A stretch of 64,000 bases of DNA from Azolla caroliniana (Eukaryota > Plantae > Polypodiophyta): NCBI GenBank assembly GCA_043228905.1, contig JBHGNT010000008.1:11842001-11906000 (forward strand), in the 5' to 3' direction. Below the pieces are notes generated by a model, which worked only from the letters and a program-made list of their open reading frames with translations, was not told where the DNA came from and did not search any database. Shown here one piece after another: positions 1-11,769 of this stretch. The position numbers and the translations under genes were made by a program. The first letter of the stretch is position 1; every line of letters begins with the position of its first letter.

Positions 1-853
1 GTTCCGGTTCTGGAGTCGGCACGGTATCCGACCCGTCGTCCTCCGGGCCGCCGAGGGTATCGTTGCTGCTCCGGTAGTTCGTGTGCACGCTGTATCCCCC
101 TTCGGAATCCGATTCGTAGGCTGAAAAGGCTTCTGCCTCGTTTTCTCCGCTTGCCAGCGCCTCGAGGAGGCGTTCGGTTTCCCGGAGACTACTTAGACTG
201 CTTCCGTCGTCCTGGTCGCGAGTTTGCCGTAACCGAAGAGATTCCTCCGCGACTCTCCGGATCTCGTTGGAGAACGAACGATCCGAGCGAATTTCGTTCG
301 CTGCTTGCTGGAAAGTCTCACGCCGTCTTTGCCGTTCGGCGAGGCGTCGAGCTCGGTCTGTAACCAGGTCGTGCGTTGGTCTAGTCATCCATTACCATCG
401 TTCGCTGCGAGAAAGCAGGAATCGTGGTCGCCAAAACTGTGTTATTCTCTGACCGGACAAGGCCTAACACAAGGTGTCATGGAGACACTTCACCAAAGGG
501 TGATTACGGCATAGGATTAAGATTCAACGATTACACCAACTTACGTAGGTTACACGATTAGAATGCTTTGGTTAATTACACGCGTAAGATATAACAGTAA
601 TTACAGAACGGAAATCAATACAGAAGTATAAACACCGTATGCTCTATTAATTATCCGCTGTGATTAAAATGGGGTCCGGGCCTTTAAATAGGTTTCCGGC
701 CCGTAGTACAAAACGGTGCCTCTCGCACCTATTCGGGATCCGTCCGGATCTGGAACGGCATACCGTTTCCAGTCCGTCCGTCCACACTATGCTTATTACA
801 ACCATACTTAATTCCTTCACTCCGTATTTTGGACTCCTTGCCGGCCGGTAACA
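1..853 (-). mobile_element. Ty3/gypsy family A, 5' end (5' LTR 440-853, PBS, gag leader); continues off the left edge
   Basis: 1-440 is colinear with 17231-17672. The LTR reads TGTTACC...AACA on the minus strand, followed by PBS TGGCGACCACGA (~422-433). It is inserted into the pol of a family B copy (cf. 21675 CCGTGGAACTTGAAGCC). Confidence 0.9.
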
Positions 854-2180
854 TCGTGGAACTTGAAGCCTATTCCGGTGCCACGGGTGCATATTCCGAA
901 AATCAACGACTTACTCAAGGAGAAGGTGGCGATGGGGATTCTAGAACCATCAAAGGCTGCGTACTGAAATCCATAGTTTACGGTTCCGAAGAAGAATGGG
1001 TCACTCCGATTTATCCAAGACTTGCAACCGATGAACAAGGTCACGATCCGGAACTCCGGAGTCAGTTCGATAGTGGATGAATTTGCGGAAGCATTTTCCG
1101 GTCGTGCGATATACTCCATCAGAGACCTATACTCGGGGTATGACCAATTCCAACTAGCCGTGGAGAGCCGAGACATCACTACCATGCGGACACCGATAGG
1201 ATTAGTCCGGATGTGTACGCTACCACAAGGCGCGACGAACTCGGTCGCACATATGATGAATGCAATGAACAAGGTGCTTCGAGATTGCATTCCGGAGATA
1301 ACGATGCCATTCCTAGATGACATTCCAATGAAAGGATGCGCGGTAGAAGAAAAAGATGAAACTATGGATGATCGGGGATGCCGAAAGTTCGTAGTCGACC
1401 ATATTCGTGATTGCGAGAAAGTGCTTTGAAAATTAGAAGATGTGTACCTAACACTTTCCGGTGAGAAATCGGCATTCGAGCAAGAAGAAATATTGGTAGT
1501 CGGACATCTATGTGGGCCCTACGGCCTAAGACCGTCACCAACCAAGATTGATGTAGTTCAAGCTATGAAAGAAATATGCAAGTCACAATCCGAAATCCGA
1601 AGTTTTCTCGGAGCATGTGCATTCTACCACATATGGATTCCACACTATGCACATATTGCGAACCCACTCTATCACTTGTTGCGGAAGGGTAAGAAGTTCG
1701 AATGGAAACCGGAGCATACCAAAGCCGTGAAGAAGCTCAAGAAATCACTACGGAGGGCAAAAGCACTAAAGAAGCCGAACTATGACCCACCGATCATAGT
1801 AACGGTTGACACAAGTCCAACCGGAATCGGATGGGTCATCAATCAAGCCGATCCGGATGGTTCGCGATATCCGATCCGATTCGGAGCAAAGGTTCTCAAC
1901 GAAAGGCAACGCGGATAGTCAAAAGAGAATTATGGGGAGTCGTGTTGGCAATCAAATCGTATTGAGATTATTTGATCAGAGCCGAAGTAGTGATCGAAAC
2001 GGATTATCTTCCGATACTCGGGATGATGCGGTGTTGCACGATACCGAATGTGGCTATGCTAAGATGGATTTCATATGTTAAGTCGTTTAATCCGGAGGTA
2101 CGACACATCTCCGGAAAAGACAACGCGGTAGCGGATATGTTATCAAGGGCGCGGTTCGGAGATGACATAACCGAATCCGA
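854..2180 (+). pseudogene. Ty3/gypsy family B pol fragment (RT-RNase H), disrupted
   Basis: Motifs DLYSGYDQ, LPQGATNS, PFLDD, VTVDTS and ISGKDNAVADMLSR, with in-frame stops. Near-identical to 21676-23005. Confidence 0.93.
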
Positions 2181-2957
2181 AGAACTATTTCAATGGCCTC
2201 ATCGAAGGATTTTGGATCCTTATCATGCACTATCCAGTGATAGTCCGAATTGGGGATGCCATTGACTAAACAAGCTATTAACCAGTTGTCCCTTCTAGAG
2301 CCGATTTTTGGATTGGGGTTCTAGCATGGTGAACATAGTCTTCTAGCGAGGAAAACTTCATGCTAGAGAGATTCATTAAAGCTTGTGCTACCTAGGTTGG
2401 AGAAATTGGCCCGTAAAAATTGTGACAAAATCTCTCCAAGTATCGGGCAATTTCCCCAAAGTTCGAAGCCCATGCCACCAAGCGGCTACCTTACCCCCTA
2501 GTTCTCGGCCGGCATATGCAATATTTGTACTACCTAGCGTGGGATAGAGCTCAAAATGAGACTCTCATCGGCCCAGCCACGTGCAGATTGCTTCTTTGGT
2601 TCTTTCCTTTTTTTCTCCCGTCAATGGCTTAACGACAAACGATGGTTCACCCTGTTGCTCATCAGGTCTATTAGTCTCACGTTGTAAACTAATGCCACGT
2701 GCCTCGAGAGCACTTTGAGATTGCCGAAGTCCAATCATCTGTTGAGCGGTGAAACTAAGGTGTTGGCTTATTTGTGAGAAATACATCTCAATGGACATTT
2801 GTCCAGGAGGATTTCCTTGAGTTCCTTCAGCTTGAGCGGATGACATCGGGTCGTTATTTTGAGCCATTGAATGATTATTTCCGGCAAAGAAATAGGATAA
2901 GGTCAGACAAATAGTCATAACATCATGTCGTGATGTAAACATATCATGGGCAAACAT
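2181..2957 (-). pseudogene. Decayed retrotransposon gag-like ORF
   Basis: ORF 2565-2957 continues past its stop with gag-like GKVAAWW...LEDYV...KDPKSFDEAI. It lies downstream of the Met PBS at ~9780 once the 3783-9006 insert is removed. Confidence 0.55.
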
Positions 2958-3782
2958 TAATCGATATCATGATCTCACGTCAATACCCCTCTAGACGTAT
3001 GAGATGATGTTGAAGATCAGGTTACTATGGTAACACAAAGGCGTTTTAAAAACCATGGGGGTGACAAATTAATGTATTTCCCTGATCTCTATATCGATTT
3101 TTCATGGCGGCTCCCCGAGGCTCAACCATGTATGTTCGCGTCATGAATAGTTTATACACAAAAAAAATGTTCACAATAAACTATGTTTCAGTGCCCACAT
3201 ATGTGGTTTCGGCTCTTTAAGTCCTATTACGAGGACCCCGAAGTGCACTTAGACCTCAAGTCTAAACATGTGTTATAGTCATATGTATCAACGATGTTGT
3301 ATGGTCTTGGTCATATTTGAACTCAAGACCTCGAAAACAAATGCATTAAACACTTGAGCCAACCAAGTAGGTTGCTCTTCTTGAATGTTTAATATTTAAT
3401 GCGTATAAGAGATATGCGAGGCATTTGCCCATATATGTTTTTTTAAAAGAAACATATATGTCAAGAGTCCTTATTTCCCCCTCATTTACCACAAACTTTG
3501 TTGGTACATTACGTAACCTCAAGTCTCGTAATTACGATGGCATACACCAAAGTGCAACCTAATGGTCAAGCCAAATGAGACCTCTTTTCGTAGTAGGCCC
3601 ACGTGGCCCATCACATGGTTACTTCATTACGAATGCCTTTCATAAGAATGACCTCATGGTGGCATCATATCCATGTAATGAGGGAGGGATATTGGATATG
3701 TGTGTCATAAGAGCGACCTCACATCAAGTGGGTCAAGCCCTATGTTCTCAACATCATTGTGGCTAAGATTGTTTCATTACGT

Positions 3783-6700
3783 TGTCGTGAAGAATTTCGG
3801 CCTGGGGCGGAAACCGGGAAACATTGGCTACATCGGCGGGGTGCAGCGTGTGTACGCACCCATGTACATTTAGTGTGAATAACGAGCGCGCCTTTATGGC
3901 GCCGAAGAGTAGTCAAGTCGGGACAGACGATCCCATGTAAGTCAAGATCTATCCCACATTGTAACGCATCCCTCTCCTTGTTCTATAAAAGGAAGGGAAC
4001 GCCCTTTGTGAAAGGGTTGCCCATTTTGCATTAGAGGGTATACCATTAGGTTTAGAGTTAGGTTCTTCTTCTTCTCCTTCTGCGTGTTTTGCTTAGGGTT
4101 TGCTTTGGTTCGGCCTCCTGTGCAAGACCCCGCTCGGCACGACGAGCTAAGAGCTCCCCGACGGCGGCTTGACAGCAGACGACTACTGTAACCTACCTCA
4201 GTCCGGCTCGACGCCGGGAATGTATTCTTCCCTTTATATATATATATATATACATACGTTTGTCTGTGTATATTCGCGTCGTTGTTGGCGTCGGGTGCTT
4301 ACCCTCTCCTGCGTTTTCTGTACATAAGGCGTGAGTCGGGTTGGGTTGTGTGTGTGTGCGTGTGTGTGTGTGTGCGTGAGTCGGTGTTAAGCACACTCTC
4401 TCTCTCTCTCCCTTCGGTTGCTTCTGGTGTGTTTCTGGGATGCCCCAGAAACAGTGAAGCACGACTTCCTACGCTCAATCACTCTCTAGTCCAAGACCCC
4501 CGTGGTCCCGCCTTTCTCCACGCACGCACGTAACAACGCGACATATTTGGTGAACCCGACGTGAAAGGCAGCAAGGGAGGATGGAGTCGGAAGACGACGA
4601 CCTTGTGGAGATGGTGGCCGAAGTGGTGTTGGAGTCGGCACGAGTGGTGATGAGGCGAGAAGCAGCGCAACAAGCAGTTGAGCGAGTGGTCGAAAGAGTC
4701 GGTCGTTTCAACGGGGACAAAGTCCCATCTTACTTGGAAGCCTACAACACCGAAATGGAGGAGCGTGGCGTAGACGAGGCATTGAGGCTGGAGTTCTTCT
4801 GTCGGGTCGTGGCTGTCCGGATGCATGCGGAAATAAAGGAGCTCTATGAGGCTCATAGTTCGTGGGAGGCCTTCGAAGAGGCGCTCCTAAAGGCATACGG
4901 AGGACGGCGGAAGAGCCGGGGAGGACACGACTTTGACCAGTGGGTAGCATCGGCAAAGACCCACCGGGGCGCTGCCAAGGCATTTCGAGAGTTCGAGCGG
5001 CGGCTTGCTCGACTCCCGGAGCGGGAACAAGGTTTCGTGGGGGCGGACAAGGTCCTATTGTTCGTCAGGTCGATCGACCGAGCGGAACGGGAAGCCATCA
5101 GGATTGAGCTCGAAGACGATGATGGAGCGAATGGGCTTACGGAGGACCGGTCGAAGGTCGGAAGGGTGTGCCAACGGCTAGATGATGAGCAAGCCGAGAA
5201 GGCTAAGAGGAAGGTACGCGACGACGTGCCATCACAGCGGGAAGAGGCCGAACGGCAAAGAGAGCCGGCAAGGATCGGCGTTGGGACCAGGATTGTGGAG
5301 GCGTACACAGCTCTCGAGGTGATGCTCGAGGAAGAGGAAAGACGGAGGCCACAAGCCGAGACTGAGGAGACGGACTTGCCCCACGCGACGGCGGAAGATC
5401 GGTACCACGGTACCACGGGAGAGGGTGCAGAACGAAACGCCCTCTCGACTTGCGGAGATAGAATGGCCAAGGACGAGGCCGAGATACAGATTGCGAAACC
5501 GGAACGTTGGGACCAGCGATTTCAGGCCTGTCAGCCCGAGATCCCGGTCATTGGAGAAGCAAGCCCAGACGGGGCTTGCGCGATCGGTAAGAAGACGACC
5601 GCCGACCACGAAGAGTCGGTGGCTACTGACAAGGGCGTAAAACGGACGGGCGATTCTTTGTATCTTCCCACAGTTGCTCCCGAGACGATGGCAGTCGGGC
5701 CTGAGTGCCCACCTGAGTCCCAAGCGGAGGAAGGCGGTGGCGAAAGACCAAGAATCACCAGCGAGACGATACGGGTAAGGAGCGGACGATAGCCCACGGA
5801 CCCGATTCCGGAGAACTCGGCATTCGGGCCCGTATGCCCCTGTAAGACCGAGGAGATGGATGGCGGTACCGAGGAGTCCTGGCACGATGCCAGCGAAGAC
5901 GGATGGGAAACGGCCTGTGAGGAGGCCGAGGACGGACGTGGCACGAGGAGATCGGCATTCCGATGCGGATGGAGCAGAATCTGGTCGTGGATCGTTCGAT
6001 CGGCGCCGGATTCGGCATGAAAGTGCCTATACGGAAGGGGGTGCGGGACGAGCTGCCCTCTTTTACATGGGGAGAAAGACCGACCGGGCGAAGGTCGAGA
6101 GTTGGAAGGAAGGTGATCAAAGGTTCGGAACGAGTCTGGCAAGATCGGCATCAGAGCCGAAACTCCGGACATTGGAGAATCAAGCTCAGGCGGGGCTTGA
6201 TTGATCACAGAGCAGATGCTATCCACCGACACCACTAAAAGGGGCGGTGGCCCGGACAAGTTGCAAAAAGACGTTGCGAAATCGGTTACGCCACATCTTA
6301 TCCGGAGACTTCGGCAGTTCAGCCGACGTGGCAATGTGAGACCGAAGAGATGGAGGATGGAGGCAAGTACGCGAGAAGGAGAGAAGCGACGAGTTCGGGA
6401 GAAGTACAAGGGATGAAGAGGAGAACGAAGTCCGGTCCTACGAGATCCCCACACCAGTCCGGAGGCCCAACAGTTCGGCCAACATGGCAACGTGAGACCT
6501 AGGGAGAAGGCTGGTGGCAACAGGAGAACGGGACCCGGCAATACGGAGAAGGACGAACGGACCCGGACGAGAACCGGGCAGAGCGGACTCCCGGATGACC
6601 ATTCCGGGAGAGAGGAAAAGAGCCAGCCTACGAAGAGGCCGAGGAGACGGTACGTCGGTACCACGGGAGAGGGTGCGGAGTAAACCGCCCTCTTGGCATG

Positions 6701-9006
6701 CGGAAAAGGACGGCCCGGGACAGGGTCAGGAAGACAAATCGGAGGCCCAAGGAGGATCCTTCACACCGGTTCTAGAGACTTCGGCAGTCGGCAACGCGGT
6801 CGACGTAAGACCAGGATACTGACGGTGGCGGCGAGGTGACGAAGGCAAAAGGGCTACGGATGGGCGGTCTACAGAGATCCTCACACCGATCCGGCGGTCG
6901 GCCCAAGAGCCGGCGTGAGTCCTATAGGGAAGATCGGTGGCGGCAGGAGAATGTGATCGGACAACAGGAGGCGACGAACGGCAAGGAGGTATCAGGCCGG
7001 CGAGGCGGCCGCTAACCAAATCGAACCTTCCGGCAAGGTCAGTGGGCATAAGGAAGTCCGGTCCTACGGGATCCCCACACTTAACCAGAGACTCCGGCAG
7101 TTCGGCCAACGTGGCAACATGAGACCGAGAGAGAAGGTTGGTGGCGGCGGGAAACGGGACCCGACTACGCGGAAGACACGAGGAGAGTCGTGAAGGACTC
7201 CGACAAAAGACACCCAGATCTCGGCAAGCGATGAAACAAAGACAGGTCCTATGGGACCCTCACACCGATCCGGAGACTCCGGCAGTTCGGCCAACGTGGC
7301 AACGTGAGACCTAGGGAGAAGGACGGTGGCGGCAGGGAACGAGACCCAATGACACGAGGTAGCGGATCGAGAGCCAGTAAGACGGGGCGGACGAAGTGCG
7401 AAACCCTCACCGGCCGGTTACGGTTTTGGAAGTAGCTGGTAGGGGCAAACACAAGGAGGTGTCTCGGGCCGGAAAAGCACACCTGGGACGGAACAAGAGT
7501 CTCGCAAGTGGCCATCGCGGGCCGGATCGAAGCGTGACTGCGGGACGGTGTTCGGCGCGGGCGGAAGACGGCATAAGGGAGGTGTCGGGAACGAGGTGAC
7601 GGGTGCCTAGTGGACTGCACAGGGTCGGAGGCAGGGGATGGCAAGAGAGGCCGGAGGAGGATCCTCCACACTCGCTTCGTAGATCTCGGTAGCTCCGTCG
7701 AAGTAGCGAAGACTGACACGGCAAGCCCGGGGATGACAAGCTGGTGGGGGCGAGGGGACGACGGCAAGCGGAAGACTCAGGACCTGTTGCAGCAGCACGA
7801 AGACGGGAAGGGCGAAGCAGGCTACCACGGGGTGTTACTCGGGTGCAGAGGACACCAGTATGCAGGTGAGTGGCGATGCACGATCTGGCCGGGAAACGGG
7901 CCGAGAAGGCGTGCAATGAACCGGAGTACGGCACAGGTAGTGCCAAACAACGGACGAGTGAATGTGGGACACGAAGGTGCCGGAGCGGAAAGGCGAGCAC
8001 GGAGATGGGTTGCGCGGTTCGGAGGTGGCACGTAGAAGGTCGAGAAGGATCCTCCACACCATTCCGGAGACCGTGGCGGTTCGAGCCGACGCGACGATGT
8101 AAGACCATGGAGAAGGAAGGTGGCGGCGAGAGGACGAAGGAAATGCAAAACAACATGGGACGGCAATCAGGACTACGGGCATGCCTCAAGCGGAGGACAT
8201 CAGGCATACGACGGGAGCGGGGCGTTCATATGGCCGAACAAGGGCCAGCGGAAGTACGCGTACTACGGAGATCGCGGCAGAGGACCCATCGACGGGACGA
8301 ACGAGCTACGGGGAGGTAAGCGCGAAGGAAGAATCGAAGCCGATGGGTCAAACCGGCAACGAGCCGGGATGCGGATCACGGAAGACCGATTTCTCGCCGG
8401 CCGAAATCTCTCACCCTTCAACCAGATTTAGCACGTACCGGTGGATGTGCAATTAGGTGGGGGCGGATGTCGTGAAGAATTTCGGCCAGGGGCGGAAACC
8501 GGGAAACATTGGCTACATCGGCGGGGTGCAGCGTGTGTACGCACCCATGTACATTTAGTGTGAATAACGAGCGCGCCTTTATGGCGCCGAAGAGTAGTCA
8601 AGTCGGGACAGACGATCCCATGTAAGTCAAGATCTATCCCACATTGTAACGCATCCCTCTCCTTGTTCTATAAAAGGAAGGGAACACCCTTTGTGAAAGG
8701 GTTGCCCATTTTGCATTAGAGGGTATACCGTTAGGTTTAGAGTTAGGTTCTTCTTCTTCTCCTTCTGCGTGTTTTGCTTAGGGTTTGCTTTGGTTCGGCC
8801 TCCTGTGCAAGACCCCGCTCGGCGCGACGAGCTGAGAGCTCCCCGACGGCGGCTTGACAGCAGACGACTACTGTAACCTACCTCAGTCGGTGTGTTTCTG
8901 GGATGCCCCAGAAACAGTGAAGCACGACTTCCTACGCTCCATCACTCTCTAGTCCAAGACCCCCGTGGTCCCGCCTTTCTCCACGCACGCGCATAACAAC
9001 GCGACA
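3783..9006 (+). mobile_element. Non-autonomous gag-only LTR element (TR-GAG/LARD-like), family B-related
   Basis: LTRs 3783-4543 and 8468-9006 (TGTCGT...GCGACA), about 8 substitutions apart from a 222-bp indel. PBS TGGTGAACCCGACGTGA 4548-4564, PPT TAGGTGGGGGCGGA 8454-8467, flanks ACGT/ACAT. No RT, RH or INT motifs. Confidence 0.92.
4581..5792 (+). CDS. Gag-like protein with low-complexity charged C-terminus (403 aa)
   Basis: VERVGRFNGDKVPSYL...FDQWV...DKVLLFVRS aligns with the family B gag at 19011 (VERLMQRIGRFNEKDVSRYL...FEDWV...DKVIMFLRA). Confidence 0.85.
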   Translation: MESEDDDLVEMVAEVVLESARVVMRREAAQQAVERVVERVGRFNGDKVPSYLEAYNTEMEERGVDEALRLEFFCRVVAVRMHAEIKELYEAHSSWEAFEEALLKAYGGRRKSRGGHDFDQWVASAKTHRGAAKAFREFERRLARLPEREQGFVGADKVLLFVRSIDRAEREAIRIELEDDDGANGLTEDRSKVGRVCQRLDDEQAEKAKRKVRDDVPSQREEAERQREPARIGVGTRIVEAYTALEVMLEEEERRRPQAETEETDLPHATAEDRYHGTTGEGAERNALSTCGDRMAKDEAEIQIAKPERWDQRFQACQPEIPVIGEASPDGACAIGKKTTADHEESVATDKGVKRTGDSLYLPTVAPETMAVGPECPPESQAEEGGGERPRITSETIRVRSGR

Positions 9007-9274
9007 ACATAACGAAATCGAAGTCACCAACGGGGATGTCAACAATAAAAATTTGTTGAAAAAGGGATGGTGACAATACCATTCTCACAAAAATGTGAGG
9101 AAGGCCACCAAGATCGTTTCCCCGAAAAGGAAAACATTCGATATTGAAATCATGTAATAACTTATATACACATATGTATATTATCACATATATACGATCA
9201 AATACGTATACACGTGACCACATATGCATATATAAAAGAAATCATAATATAAAATAGCCAAAAATGATGTAATC

Positions 9275-9545
9275 GAGATACGTAATCAAGGCATATACCC
9301 TCTACACACACGAAACATCTAAAAATAAGGGTTAATCGTAATACGCAATTGAGGTATTGACCTCATACGCATACGACACCAAACGCATATCATTTACATA
9401 CAAATCAAGGTAATGACCTCATACGCAAATGTAACATATGTTTGTGAATGTAATACGTAATTGAGGTATTAACCTCATACGCATACAACATTAATCACAT
9501 ATTAAATATATGTCAAATGAGGTATTGACCTCGTGCACATATGTA
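9275..9545. repeat. Degenerate ~58-bp tandem repeat (about 5 units) with GAGG-N6-CCTC mini-hairpin
   Basis: Recurring (T)GAGGTATTGACCTCATACGCA. Confidence 0.7.
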
Positions 9546-9779
9546 AACGTTTTATATAACCAATTAATTACCACTACAACATCATTGAATTAATGAAAAA
9601 AAAATACATATAACGACCATATACATGATTAGAAGGGAGAAGAAAAAATAGAAAAAAAAAACAAAAAAGATTACCGAAGTTCCTTTGTTGATCGTTGTAT
9701 GGATCAAGGCCGATCGCACATCGATCGATCACCATCAATCAAGAAGACAAAAGACAAGAAAAGAAACATTAGAACATGA

Positions 9780-10205
9780 GCTCTAATACCAACTATTAGA
9801 GATATGATCTAATGTAAGCATATGATAAGGAGAAAAGATAGATAGATAGATAGATAGAAAGGAGAGAGAGAAAGAAGGGTGTCAATCCACCTGACCACCC
9901 CCGAGCGAAGGGATCGAGAGGGACTCGAGCCTCGATCGGTGTCCCATACCACTGTCGTGGATCGAGTCATACCTAGTGCTGGTGCGCTCGCTACAACAAT
10001 TTAACCACCACAAAACAAAGTCTCGACGTTGTCAAAAGATGATGAAATGAGGGTAGCTAGGCCTCTTATTTATAGCGATACCCAAGGCCCCCAGGCAAGT
10101 TCACACTTGGCCTAATGGTTTGTCTTAATCCCGAGGATTAAAAGTAATCCTCCCTTTCTTTACACTCTCATTTAACCTACACACTTATCTAGGTGTATAG
10201 AATAC
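9780..10205 (-). mobile_element. Met-type PBS and probable 5' LTR of the element owning the 2181-2957 gag
   Basis: GCTCTAATACCA at 9780-9791 (TGGTATTAGAGC on minus), next to an LTR-like segment with TATAAATA on minus near 10067-10074. The outer boundary is uncertain. Confidence 0.55.
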
Positions 10206-10249
10206 TACGGTAAATTCTCACCACGGGATATTATATGGTCATGCCCGTA

Positions 10250-10671
10250 ACAGTCGAAGCGCGCGGAATCGAATGGGTCGAGGAGCGCGAGCGAGGCGTG
10301 AAGCCAGGAGAGGTTGGAGCGAAGATCCGGAAAAGCAGATGGAACCTCAAGTTGAGCTTGAGGGTGAATGTTGAGAGACAAGCTCAACATTGGGTGTGTA
10401 AACGGGTGTGTAACCCAGTGCGTAGACTGGGTGCGGAAAACCGTACGCACAATATGGTCGTAGCGGTGTGTAAACCGAGAGGCTGTTAGAATGTTATTCC
10501 TCGAAAGGAATAATTTTTGGGAGTAAGTGTAGGATGCTCATTTATGAGCGATCAAGTAGTGTAAGTACTTGTGTCAGCCCAATAGTCATGGCTTGTATAA
10601 AAGGCTCATTGAGCACGAAGTATGTACAAAGAACATACAGAGAATTATTTTTTAATATAGCTTCATTTTTT

Positions 10672-10719
<48 letters not shown>

Positions 10720-10826
10720 CCTGTCCTTCTCTGTGATTTCTGCGTTTTACCGAACTGTTGTACTTCCGAACCGTGTACTCTGTTCTGTGTCTTTCGCATA
10801 CGCTTCCACACACGTATTCTTTTACA
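10250..10826 (+). mobile_element. Family C (TRIM-like) 3' half: internal region, PPT, LTR 10369-10826
   Basis: AGCTTGAGGGTGAA|TGTTGAGAGACAAGCTCAACA...TTTACA, with an internal (CT)n tract. Homologous to 57270-57790 on the minus strand. Confidence 0.8.
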
Positions 10827-11373
10827 TAGCTTTTTGGTCGAAAGCGAGCTTTCCACTCCTCTATCCATGTTCCTGCCTTTTCTTTTCCGAAAACGAGAAG
10901 CCTTGTCTCTTTCTTTTCTATCTTGTTCACTTGTTTTTTTGTTAGCTGAAGGGGTGTCTCAACCCTCGCGCTCTGATACCATGTGAAAGAATACATGCAC
11001 GGAAGCATGTGCAATAGACACCGAGTACACAGTCAGTTTCAGAAACTCAACAGTTAGGTAAACACAAAGAATGGATCCACAGTGAGAGAGAGAGAGACAT
11101 AGTGGAGCAAACAACAATATTTCTATCACAAAAGACTCAATACATACAACAGTGCTCAGAGTGCACTTTATATACAGGCCCTTGATGAGTGGGCTGACAC
11201 AAGTACCATCAGTACTTCAATGCTCATAAATGAGCCTGACACTAATTATACCTACAATATTCCTATTTACTATAATAGGAATATAGGCCATCATCGGCCT
11301 TTTCGGACTCGGCATACCCAAATCGAACTCTATTCGATTCGGCTCTTCGGCTCTCGGCTCTTCAGCCGATTCG
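10827..11373 (-). mobile_element. Family C 5' half: LTR (10982-11373 plus 18110-18135, split by family A), Met PBS 10970-10981, leader
   Basis: GCTCTGATACCA abuts TGTGAAAGA. The LTR is an inverse homolog of 10369-10826 and resumes after the ATTCG TSD, ending GCTTGTCTCTCAACA at 18135. Confidence 0.82.
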
Positions 11374-11769
11374 TGTTAACTCTTCGGGCCGGACAATGGC
11401 CTAACACAGGGTGTCTACGAGAGACACTTCACCAAAGGGTGTTACGGCAACCGGATTAGACTTCAACGCTTAATCCGACTTAATTAAGTTACTTATTAGG
11501 ATCGTCTTCATAACACGCGTAAGATATAACAATTAAGACAGAACGGCAATTAACACAAAGAGATAACAACGCTTAAGCTTTCATTAATTAACCGCTAACT
11601 ATTACATTGTATCCGGGCCTTTAAATAGGTTTCCGGTCTGTATTACAAAACGGTGCCATCCGCACCTGTTCGGGATCGGTCCGGATCCGGAACGGCATAC
11701 CGTTTCCGATCCGTCCGTCCACACTCATAGCTTAATTACAACCACATTCCTACTACTTAATTAGCTCTC

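Noticed and set aside
4204-4425. Spliced intron as the explanation for the LTR indel
   Set aside because: Boundaries are not GT-AG on either strand.
5531-8456. Many long overlapping ORFs on both strands
   Set aside because: GC-rich repetitive interior of the gag-only element; no recognisable domains.
10500-11260. Hammerhead ribozyme (retrozyme) in family C LTRs, prompted by TTGATGAG at ~11182
   Set aside because: No CUGANGA...GAAA core with matching stems found by eye; an Infernal search would settle it.
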